Positions 53,586 to 64,000 of a stretch of DNA of 64,000 nt are shown here, one piece after another; position 1 is the first letter of the stretch; every line of letters begins with the position of its first letter. The notes under the pieces were generated by a model. The model did not search any database and was not told where the DNA came from. It saw nothing but the letters and a program-made list of their open reading frames with translations. Location: assembly GCF_004010195.1 (NCBI RefSeq), contig NC_057719.1, forward strand, positions 60,313,080-60,377,079, given 5' to 3'. Both the position numbers and the translations under genes were made by a program. This stretch comes from Chiloscyllium plagiosum (lineage: Eukaryota).

Positions 53586-54122
53586 TATGAGTCACTAGGG
53601 TAGCACACTATAAATCAAGCTCCGCTCTCAGAGCTGCTCCCAGAGTCATACCAAATGTTAAATTTTGTTTAAGGTACATGCAGAACCTCATATTACCTAA
53701 CTTTCAGACCAAGTTTGGTAGAATGCATGGACCAGGTTTCTGCACTGAACAAGAATGATGTATTACTAAATAATCAGAGTATGGTTACAGATAAACTGAT
53801 ATAAATGATTGCCATGTAGCACTGCCAACAAAAATCTCATCCTCTTGCAAAGTCCTCGAACACACACACACACACAAAAACAAACAAACTGGGGATTAGA
53901 CTATTGGCAAAGGTAGGAAAAAAAACTGGAAAGTCACTTCAATTATTTTTGCTTCCCAATACCAATGTTGAGATGATCCTTCTTCAGGGAGGAGGCAGTG
54001 AGGACTGCAGATGCTGAAGATTAGAGTCAAAAAGCATGGTGCTGGAAAAGCATAGCCAGTCAGGCACCGCTGGAGGAGCAGTCCTGCTCCTTGGATGCTG
54101 CCAAGCCCTTGGTGTTCACTTG

Positions 54123-54716
54123 GAGAAAGTGAGGTCTGCAGATGCTGGAGATCAAAGTTGAAACTTTATTGCTGGAACAGCCTACTTGCGGAGCGATTCA
54201 GAGAGCACCTCTGGGCCACCCGGACGAATCAACCCAACCACCCTGTAGCACAGCATTTCAACTCCCCCTCCCACTCCACCGAGGATATGCAGGTCATTGG
54301 ACTCATCCACCGCCAAACCACAACAACGCGACGGTCGGAGGAGGAGCGTCTTATCTTCCGACTGGGAACCCTCCAACCGCAGGGGATGAACTTGGACTTC
54401 ACCAGTTTCTTCATCCCCCCTCCCCCCCCCTTGTCTCAGCCGGATCCCTCCCGCCTGGCACCGCCTTCCTGACCTGCAGTCTTCTTCTTGTCCTCTCCGC
54501 CTCCATCCTACTCCGACCTATCACCCTCACCTTGACCTCTTTCCACCTATCACATTTCCAACGCCCCTCCTCCATGTCCCTCCTCCCTACCTTTTATCTT
54601 CTCCTCCTGAACACTCTCTGCTCATTCCTGAAGAAGGGCCTGTGCCCGAAACGTCGAATCTCCTGTTCCCTGGATGCTGCCTGACCTGCTGTGCTGTTCC
54701 AGCAATAAAGTTTCAA
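54123..54716 (+). mobile_element. Young 5'-truncated PLE (GIY-YIG tail plus pLTR) with inverted 5' end and perfect 16-bp TSD
   Basis: LAERFREHL...HPVAQHFNSPSH...EERLIFRLGTLQPQGMNLDF; CCTTGGTGTTCACTTG at 54107-54122 and 54717-54732; CpG-rich. Confidence 0.92.
54624..54659 (+). ncRNA. Minimal type I hammerhead ribozyme motif
   Basis: ATTC-CTGAAGA-A-GGGC-CTGT-GCCC-GAAA-C-GTC-GAAT: helix I ATTC/GAAT, intact core, helix II, GUC cleavage triplet, loop-less helix III. Confidence 0.75.
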
Positions 54717-55801
54717 CCTTGGTGTTCACTTGCCTTTGGAAGCTCCTACTGGTTTGTAAAAATACAGAATGATTCACTTGGAAAATGTCTCTGATTTACC
54801 AACTCAAATATCACAGCTCATAACAATTGCTTCAGTAAAAATAATTTTTTTTATTAAGTTTAAACTGAGGTTTTTCTTTTACAGAGAACCAGCAAACTTC
54901 CCTGGGAAGAACATGGCATTCACTTCCAAAAGTGTGTGTGCATGTGCACATGTATGCGTGTGTGCTTGTCTCTCTGTAACTTATTTCACTTGAAAATAAC
55001 TCCTCAGCTCATGATTATATGCACGGTTCAGGAGCCCACAGCGATAAAACAGAGCTCGCAATAGGCACCAACTTTCTTGTTGTGAAATTATGCAGTCATC
55101 CTGGTAAATTCTTGTTTTAAAAAAATAGTTCTCTCTCATTGCAGTGTACAGTTTTTAAAGGCACAAAAATAAAAAGGCACAGTCCTTACATAATTCATAG
55201 AGCTGAAGTACACATGATGGACTGAATGGTCTCCTTGTGTACTGTAATAATTCTTTGATTTTGTGAGCACACTTTCAGGCATCCTAACTGGCCCAAATCT
55301 AACAGCACCTGTTCTGCAATTCTCAGGATTCAGTATATGCTCCTTCCTAGATTGACTGTATTCTCAAATACACATTATCCATTTTTAAGATAACCAGCAG
55401 ATTGCTACAGAAGGGGCTCTTTGAAAAAACATGACCTTCAACAGTGTAGCAAGTATCTATCGACATATTGATTATACTGGCAAGTTCACAAAATATGCCA
55501 GACTCTATTGATTAAAATGCAACATTTCTGTGTTTTGGTGGATAAAGCACGTTTAAAAATTATCACAAACTTCACACATCGGTTGAATGTAGGAGTCAAT
55601 TCTCTTCATTCAACAGTTACTTTGGTGGCAAAGAATTAATAGTCAGATGAAACTAGCATACAAAAACGTGAACTCAAAATATATTACAATGATTTATGAA
55701 AGTGTTACCTTTCACAAAATAAAATTGATTGCAGCATAGCACTTAAATACATGCTTTAATAAATGTTAAAGTGCTGTTATAATCTGAATGATGATACTGA
55801 C

Positions 55802-55896
55802 CGCCTTTTCTTGGAGTCCTCTTATAATGTCACTCTGACGCACTTTCTGAGGGGAAGCTGTGGAGGGGAAAATACTGATCCTTGAGATGAGCAGTT
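55802..55896 (-). CDS. Candidate 95-nt exon (LLISRISIFPSTASPQKVRQSDIIRGLQEKA)
   Basis: CTTGCCCTTTGCATTTTGGCAG acceptor (in-frame alternatives exist inside), GCG|GTCAGT donor, one open frame; no homology recognised. Confidence 0.3.
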
Positions 55897-56589
55897 CTGC
55901 CAAAATGCAAAGGGCAAGAGGATGTTTTCCACTTTTGGAAATTGGGATGTTCCATTAATGATAACATAGAAAATGCTAATTACTTCTATTTCTGGGTGAG
56001 TTTGGTCTAGACTTTAGGATTTCTTGAGCCTTACTAGCAGAAATCTGGCTGTTCAGGACTGCTGCAATGACAATCAGTTTCAAGTGGTTTGGCAGCCACA
56101 TAATGTGAAAGTAATGACCAGAAATGTTAAATAGCAAGAAGTGAAGCAAAACGTAATATTGAAATTGCACAGCCTTATTAGCTGGCAGCACTGTTTGTCT
56201 GATTTTGAAACACTTTTTTATTATCTCTGGTGCTAGGTTCAAGGAATTTGCTCCTGTGTGCAATCAATGTCTGAGGTTTTAGCATCAGAAACAAAGGACA
56301 GAATATTTCCATTTTCATTTGAAGTGCTTTGTTGAGTGAGATTCCTGGCTCAAAGCAACTTTTCTCTCACAATATTCCACTCTTCTCCTTGTTAATTTTG
56401 CAATCAGAATGTTGGACAATTTTTTTGGGGGATGTCTTACTGCCAGAGAGGTGAAATTACTCATTGGCATTCACACCTCTGGCACATGTTTAAAGCTCAG
56501 CTCCACAACATTTCAGATGCTGAAGCCAGGAATTACCTCACACTGTGGTGTTTGACCCTCTATAGGCAGGACTTGTCCCAGAATAAAGG

Positions 56590-56790
56590 TAAGCTTCCTC
56601 TCTGCATTGCTGAAACTGACGTGAAGGTGTTGGTGATGGGGTGGTGGAGCGGAGGTCAGTTCTTTCTCTAACTGATCACTACAGCCTGGATACAGATGGC
56701 AGTCCAGGTTAATGCTGTGCCCCAGGTAAAGCTGGACACTCAGCAATGAGGGAGAAAATCAATGATCTTCTGCTCTCCACAAAGGTAAGT
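56590..56790 (+). mobile_element. Harbinger-type Myb/SANT exon 1 remnant (exon 2 at about 61610-61750)
   Basis: ETDVKVLV/DGVVERRSVL...TAWIQMAVQVNAV...KINDLLLSTK followed by GTAAGT at 56785. Confidence 0.6.
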
Positions 56791-56906
56791 GTCAACATTT
56801 TTTCTCTGCTACCTCACACTTTAGGTCCAACGCTCACTTGAACGTGTCATTGCACACACCTCTCACTGAGGCACATGGACTAAAACTCTCACTATTGCAC
56901 GTAGTA

Positions 56907-59900
56907 CATAACGATGCTGTCACTTAAAGTTATTTTATCCTTGGTTTTTTTGAAGAGAAGTCGTTAAGGCAGAGGTGATGAAGAGTCTAGCTTAACAATG
57001 GAAGGGGTGTAGCTAGTTCTCCCAGTTCGGGTTTTTTTCTAGTTTGTTTTAAATGTAGCAGTCACAAGATGTGAGAGTCCAAGGAAGTTGCAAACTTCAG
57101 TAAAAAATTCCTCTTAGCTTTCTTCTGAAATCTCTCTCTGGAAGTTGTTGCCTCCTGCCTTTAAGTATCTGTGTTTGAATTTACCTTTTTAACCTTTTAT
57201 TAAGGGGCATGTTTAAGGGATATTACAGTATTGGAGTAGTTAATTAGTAATAGTTATTGTATTGGACTGGTTAAGTTGTCCAATAGTTAGGTTATTCTAA
57301 ATTTCTCTTCTTTTTCATGTTTCAACTGTAGTGTTTAAATAAATTGTTTTGCTTAAAGCTGAGTGGTTTGACCAACTGCATCACACCTGGGATATCCACT
57401 TTACACCCGCCATTAAAATAAGAAAAAGGTAAGGTCTGGCTTTAACATATTTTGAGGGGGGTCTGGCCTGGCCTATTACAGATTGGGGGCTCTTATTGGG
57501 ATTTATTTGATAATTCCACTTTGGGTTAGGGTTGTTGGCCTCAAAGGCAGAGAGTAGTAGGTGTTAGTATCTTTTGTTCCAGTGTTGAATTCAGTTGGTT
57601 TAAACATTGCTTTGTGTAGTAGTCATTCTCTCAGTCACTAACAGCTTTATGGGGGTGGAAGAAGTGACTTTGGGGGTTTTACAAAAGGTGAGCAAGGCAC
57701 AGCTGTTATAATCGGCAGACAAGCTGGAGTTGGGATTGCCTTTGTGAGAAAAGGACAGGTAATTACAGCATTGACTTGATATTTGATATTTAAAATTGCT
57801 GTAAATGCCATCAGAATCTTTGGAAATGGCTAGAATTCAGTTGCCAGTAGAGAAAAGAGAAAAGGAAAGAATTGTTTTGGTAGAACGAAATGAAAAGGAG
57901 AGGAAGGATCTAACAGAAGAAAGGGAAGAAGGGAGTGAGTAGCAAGGGAAAAAGAGAGGAGTAAGGGAAAAAGAGAGAGAGGAGTAAGGGAAAAAGAGAG
58001 AGAGTTTAAACTTCAGAAGTTGGCAATTAGACAGGAAAGGTGTCTTAAAAGGATGGAGGTAAAGGTAGAAGGTAGGCTTAGTGAGGAGGTTTGTGATGAT
58101 GAATAAACATACAGTAGCCAAAGGTTTGGTGGGGATCTGTTTAAATATATCCAAGCACTGCCTAAATTTGATGAGAAGCATGTGGAAGCCTTTTTCATCT
58201 CATTTAAGAAAGTAGCTAAACAAATAAAGTCGCCAATGACCATGTGAGTTTTGTTGATCAAAACAAAGTTGGTAGGTAGAGCTAGTGAGGTGTTTGCATC
58301 ACCATCAGAGGAGGTATCTGGGGAATATGAGGAGGTGAAGAAGGCCATCTTAAGTGCATATGAACTTGTGCCAGAAGTCTATGGACAATGTTTCAGGAAT
58401 CTATGTTTGAAAAGATAAAACAAATAATTTTGGTAGGTGGATAAAGGCATTAAAAATAGATCAAACATATAATACCCTTAGATAATTATTTTGGAGCTGT
58501 TCAAAAAGTCACTTCCTGAGGCAGTGAGAACTCATCTGGAAGGGCATAGAGTTAAAATGGCAAGATTAGCAGCTGAAATGTCTGATGCTGGTTCATAAAT
58601 CAAAGTTTGGCTTCTGACATGAATTTCAATCCATGAAGGATAGAAATTGGGGAAAAGAGAAATCCTCACATGATAAGGGAAAAGTAGGTTGCTTTGAAGA
58701 TAATAAAGAGAGCTTACCAAAGGGTGAATAGGAAACCCATGAAAGGGAAAGAGAAGTTGAAAAGCTCAGATATTTTTACTGTAATAAAGTACATGATGTC
58801 ACAGTGTTGGTGGTTTAGTAAACGCACTGGGAAAACGGAAAAGCCTGTGAATTTTATTAAAGTGTTAAAGGAAAGCATAGTAGAGGCTAAAGAGCTGCAC
58901 CACAACCTGGTCGGAGGTTGGCTGAGAAGGAATTTCCAGATCTTCGTAAACTACTTACTTGCAAAAGTAAAGTTTACTCGTGTAGACCAGAAGCAGAGGT
59001 AAAGAAGTTACAGTAGTAAGAGATATTGGTTGCCTTCCAGAGGAAAATTGAAATGACCTGAAAGAGTTATTATTATCACATGGGGAGATATGGGGGAATA
59101 AGCTGGGAAGTACTAATCTAATTATGCATGAGGTTGCTATCATAAAATCCCTACAGTTTGGAAACAGGCCCTTCGGCCCAACAAGTCCACACCGACCCTC
59201 CAAAGAGTAATCCCACCAGACCCATTCCCCTACTCTATTATCATATATTTACCCCTCACCTACACATCCCTGAACACTATGGGCAATTTAGCATGGCCAA
59301 TTTACCTGACCTGCACATCTTTCGATTGTGGGAGGAAACCGACCACCCGGAGGAAACCGGACCACCCAGGAGGAAACACACGCAGGCATGGGGAGAATGT
59401 GCAAACTCCACACAGACAGTCGCCCAAGACAGTGCTGTGAGGCAATAGTGCTAACCACTGAGCCACTGTGCTGTTGCACGGGAATGCTGTTTCAATTAAG
59501 CAACATCCTTGTTGACTGAACCCTCAAGTTGATACAGTTTCAAAAAGAGATTGGACACATGCTCTAAGACAACAAAATCAAACTGAATTGTAGCGACTGG
59601 AGCTCACCCATAGTAATGGTGCCAAAACCAGATTTGGTTATGTGTAGACTATCGCATAGTCAATGCTGTTCCAAAGTCTGATTAATTAATATTCCATGTT
59701 TGGAAAACTGTATTGAGAAGTTGGGACAAGCAGCTTATAGTTTCACCTTGAATTTACTCAGAAGATATTGGCAGGTATCTTTATCCGAAACAGTGAAGAC
59801 AACTTTCATTACACCAAATGGACTATACCAATTCAAAGTCATGCCATTTGGCATGAAAAATGTGCCAGCCATATTTCCAAGACTAACCAAGAAAGTCATA

Positions 59901-61438
59901 ACAGGATTACCCAATTTTATAGTATATAATGACGATCTTGTGATTTTTAATCATACATGAAAAGAACATTTGCAGCATTTATCGGAATTATTCAATTGAC
60001 TTTGGGAGGCAGGCTTGGTGATCAACTTGGCTAAGAGTAAATTCGCCAAAGCCTAAGTCATGTTCCTGTGCCATGTTATTGGACATGGACAGATGGTCCC
60101 ACGGAATATGAAAAACAAAGTTTCTTGGGGAGTTTCCCATACCATCGACGAAGAGAGCAATACTACAATTCCTGGGATTGAGTGGATTTTATTGGAAATT
60201 CGTATCGAATTTTACAAGTGTAGTTGCTCCACTGACTGACTTGTTGAAGAAGTGTGGAAAATGTCAGTGAGTGGCAGACTGTCAGAAGGCAGTTGACAGC
60301 TGAAAGTTGTGTTAACCACTACCCTAGTATTAGCCAAACCTAATTACGCAAAGCCATTCGAGGTGGCTATTGATGCAAGTGATGAGAGTGTCAGTACTGT
60401 ACTCTTACAAGAAGATAATGAGAAGTTAGAAAGACCAATCGGATACTTCTTCAGAAAATTGATTATTCATCAACAGAAATATCCCACAATTGAGAAGGAG
60501 ACCTTGAACTTGGTGTTGGAATTACAACATTTCAACATTTATATTGCCTTTAATGCATCTGAGACAATTATATATACTGAGCATAACTCATTGAAGTTTT
60601 TGGAGATGTTTAAGCACAAAAGTTCCAGATTGCTTAGATGGTGCTATTCAATTTGAAAATTATACACATGGCAGGATGAGAAAGCATATACACCAATATG
60701 TTATTGAGACTGGGATGAAGAAAGACAGAGGCATTTGGTGGCAGGCGTAAACGGACAGAAATAAATGTAGTAGCAAATGTTTGTATGTTTAGAGTCAATG
60801 TAATATATATGTTTTGTAGTGTACTGACAGAGTAAGGCCAAGGGGTTTAAATTAAAGCCATCTTTGTATATTGATTTTTCTAAGGGGGTAGCTGTGATAA
60901 TGTTATCAGTTTAAAACATTTATTTTGCCTTTGGTTTTTCTGAAGGGAGGTCGTAAAGGCAAAGATATTGAAGAGTCTAGCTTAACAATGGAAGGGGAGA
61001 GGCCAGTTCTCCCAGTTCGGGTTTTTTTCTAGTTTGCAATAGCAATCACAAGATATGAGAGTCCGGAGAGTTGCAAGCTTCAGTAAATAATTCCTCTAAC
61101 TTTTTTCTGAAATTGCTCTTTGGAAGTTGTTCCCTCCTGCCTGTAAGAATCTGTGTTTGAATTTACTGTTTTGTCAAGGAGTGTTCAGGATATTACGATA
61201 TTGGAACAGTTAATTGGTAATATTACTGAATTGGGTCAGTTATGTTTTCCAATAGCTAAGCTATTCTAAATACCACTTTCTTTTCTTTGAGTTTCAACTG
61301 TAATGTTTAAATAAATTGTTTTGCTAGTTGCATCACACCTGGAACACTCACTTCACATTTATCTTTAAAATGAGAAGAAGTCAGGGCCTTGGCTACCTTC
61401 TTAAAATATGTGGAGGGAGTCTGGCCTGGTCCGTAACA
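56907..61438 (+). mobile_element. Second decayed Gmr1-type Gypsy element, integrase deleted, SINE inserted
   Basis: LTRs 56907-57480 and 60893-61438; PBS TTGGGGGCTC at 57483; PPT AAGGGGGTAG before 60893; gag (ALPKFDEKHVEAFF, TKLVGRASEVF), RT (YQFKVMPFGMKN, YNDD), RH (DASDESV); flanks AGTA/ATTA. Confidence 0.9.
59146..59474 (-). mobile_element. HE1-type V-SINE inside Gypsy element 2
   Basis: Matches 1942-2258; internal duplication of about 20 bp (GAGGAAACCG(G)ACCACCC). Confidence 0.85.
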
Positions 61439-62214
61439 ATTACATCACACAATGACTATCATCCACCTAAGCTACTAAATCTTCCTGCCTCTGCACTTCA
61501 AACTCACTTATTGGGCACACCTCACCATTTTTTTCCATTCATGCATTAGCACTAACTGCTCTCATATCCACTTCCGTCAAATTTAATCTTTTCCTCTGTC
61601 TCATCATAGAAAAACTTGATCCATAAGCAGGCCAAGAGTCCAAGACAGTAGATTGAGGGTTGGGGGGGGGAGGGGTGGAGGGTGTGATCAGGTAGCAGAC
61701 TTCAAACTCCTCATTCCCTGCAAGGGAAACATTCTGGACTTCTGTACAAGCACAACTCATATGGGAATGGAGAGACCCCAATGGCCAATGAAACAAGTAA
61801 GCTTACTGGGGTAATGCTACATTGCTCTCCCAATACCAACAGTGTTAACTCATTCTTAATCCGCATACATTTTTCTCTCTCTTAGGCAACTCATTCCAAC
61901 TCTTCAATAATGCAAGCTGTAATGATGGCCAGTGAGCCGCTACAAAAAGGCCAGCATAAGAAGGCCTTCAGTCACTGAGGGAGAAATCATTGAACCTTCA
62001 GAGGATACACAGATAAGATTGTCATTTCCATCCTGCACTATCTCAGAGTTTCACCACGGTTGGTTCTCTTCCCAGGTTCAGCTCAGAAACACAATCTAGT
62101 GAGCACATCATTACCACATCTCCGCAGAAACTCAAAGAAAAAATACCAGCTCAGCTCCAGGTAGTTAATGATCCCATGGTCTTGGGCTTGTTCTGAGCTG
62201 AAATCACTCAATCC

Positions 62215-62900
62215 GAAATGTTAACTAAAATTTCTCTCAACAGATGCTGCCGGACCTGCTGAGCTTTTCCAGCAATTTCTGTTTTTGTTTCTGATTTGCA
62301 GCATCTGCAGTTCTTTTGGCTTTTAATGACTTTGTCAAAATGTACTGACAGGCACAGGGACAGCAGGTAGACTTGTCAGAGGCAGTCATAAACTGGATTG
62401 AAGGATAGAGGAAACCACCACTATTATCTGCTGTGGCATACATGCATCTGGTTGTCTCTCCTGATATTTCAGGTCAGAACCTTTTATCAAGACTGGGGAG
62501 AGGAAGGAGGCTGTGAAATAAATAGACTGAAGGGGGTGGGATTGTGGGAAAGGTGGGTGGGATGGCGATAGGAGGATGCAGGTAGGAGGTGGCTGTGATT
62601 GGTCAGTGGGAAGGATGGAGTGAATAGGTGGGCAGGAAGATGGACAGGTAGGTTCAGGTTAAGGGGGCGGGGTGGAGAGAGAGGGTTGGGCCTGGGATGA
62701 GATGGAGGTTGTTGGGGAGATTTGGAACCTGGAGAATTCTAAGTTAAGGCCTTATGGTTGTAAGCTCCAGAGGTGGACGATGAGGTGTTCTTCTTCCAGT
62801 TTGCGTGTGACCTTGTGTTGATGGTGGAGGAAGCCATGTCATTCAGGGGAATGGGAGGGGGAGTTGAACTGACTGGTGGAAGGTGGGGTTGACTGGAGAG
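62215..62900. mobile_element. PLE remnants (short + strand pLTR end 62215-62320; minus-strand GIY-YIG tail and pLTR 62440-62900)
   Basis: CAGATGCTGCCGGACCTGCTGAG block; minus strand TRKLEEEHLIVHLWSLQP. Confidence 0.7.
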
Positions 62901-63526
62901 AACAACTAACCATTTTAATCAGTTGACTTTTAAAATTGAAATGGTTAGTTGTCCAAGAAAACTGTAATATTGTACATCATTTAATGAAATAAATTGATTA
63001 TTTTGCAATTTTAAATGAGATCTTCCCGCAGAAAATTTCTTTTATATTTGCGATGTCTTAATGCCAGTGGAATAAAAACATCCCTGGTTCATGATCTCCG
63101 GGTTATCCATTTGTTCAAATTCCATGTTACAAGTTGGAGGAGCTTAAGGACTCATGTGCTGTCCCATAGATAACGATATTACAGTCTAATCAGTGAAAAT
63201 TACAATTCTGATATCCAGTAATGATTCAACAAAAGTATTACAGCTTTCCCATGATTGAGGCAACACATCCAGCAAGTCGAAGGAGAAACCCTGGTGATTG
63301 ACACTAAAAATGGAAGCAAAAACTTCCTTGTGTATGCAAATGAAACAGCAGTGCTACAATTCTTTCTTCAGTGAAACTGTGGGCTTTTGTTGGTTCCCAC
63401 CTGCCCCACTCTTGACCTCTTCCTTTGACATCACCTTCTTTGACCTCCAACAAACTCCTAGTAGACCTTCTGATGTCTCCACTGGCCAACATGTCATATT
63501 CATGATCAACCCACTGACACATTGTG

Positions 63527-63775
63527 TCATAGAGATATAAAGCACAGAAACAGACCCTTCTGTCCAACTCATCCATGCTGAACAGATATCCTAAATTAAT
63601 CTCGTTCCATTTTCCAGCACTTGGCCCATATCTCTCTAAACCCTTCCTACTCATGCCTTTTAAATCTTCTAAATTGTACCAGTCTCCACCACTTCTTCTG
63701 GCAGTTCATTCCATACACGCACCACCTTCTGCATGAAAAGTTTGCCCCTTATACCCCTTTTAAAGTTTTCCCCTC
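63527..63775 (-). mobile_element. CR1 LINE 3' end
   Basis: Homologous to 25210-25463. Confidence 0.8.
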
Positions 63776-64000
63776 TGGGCAAAATGGCTCCATATCTAAT
63801 GCAATCAATTATGAAAGTGGACCAATTTTGTTTGGTCCACTGTGCATCAGCTTTGGCATGAGAGTTATTGTTGAGTACTCCAAAAGCAAAATAAAGTGGA
63901 TGCTGGAAATTTGAAATAAAAATGGAAAATTCTAGATCCTGAAGGTTCTGACCAAAATGTCACTAAATTAAAAATGTTAACTCTTTCTCCACAGATGGTG

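Larger units (their letters stand above)
53590..55189 (-). mobile_element. Possible solo LTR interrupted by PLE derivatives
   Basis: Ends CCTTACA (TGTAAGG on the minus strand), with CA/TG tracts typical of such LTRs; no TSD seen. Confidence 0.3.

Overview
Repeat-dense vertebrate genomic DNA, almost certainly from a shark (elasmobranch), judging by HE1/V-SINEs, SacSINE1-like SINEs and CR1 LINEs. I see no intact long protein-coding gene, rRNA/tRNA gene or CRISPR array. Most ORFs in the track are decayed transposon pieces or noise. Main content: (1) many Penelope-like retroelement (PLE) fragments and short non-autonomous derivatives carrying minimal hammerhead-ribozyme motifs, often as inverted repeats with 13-16 bp target-site duplications (TSDs); (2) two decayed Gmr1-type Gypsy LTR retrotransposons (40503-46155, with integrase visibly before RT, and 56907-61438, integrase missing); (3) three Harbinger-type Myb/SANT remnants; (4) CR1 and other LINE fragments, SINEs, a Tigger-like MITE and solo LTRs; (5) a 36-nt U2 snRNA fragment at a LINE junction; (6) a 442-N assembly gap. 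A few short splice-bounded segments may be exons of an unidentified host gene (low confidence). All family names come from motif recognition by eye, not database searches, and most boundaries are approximate.
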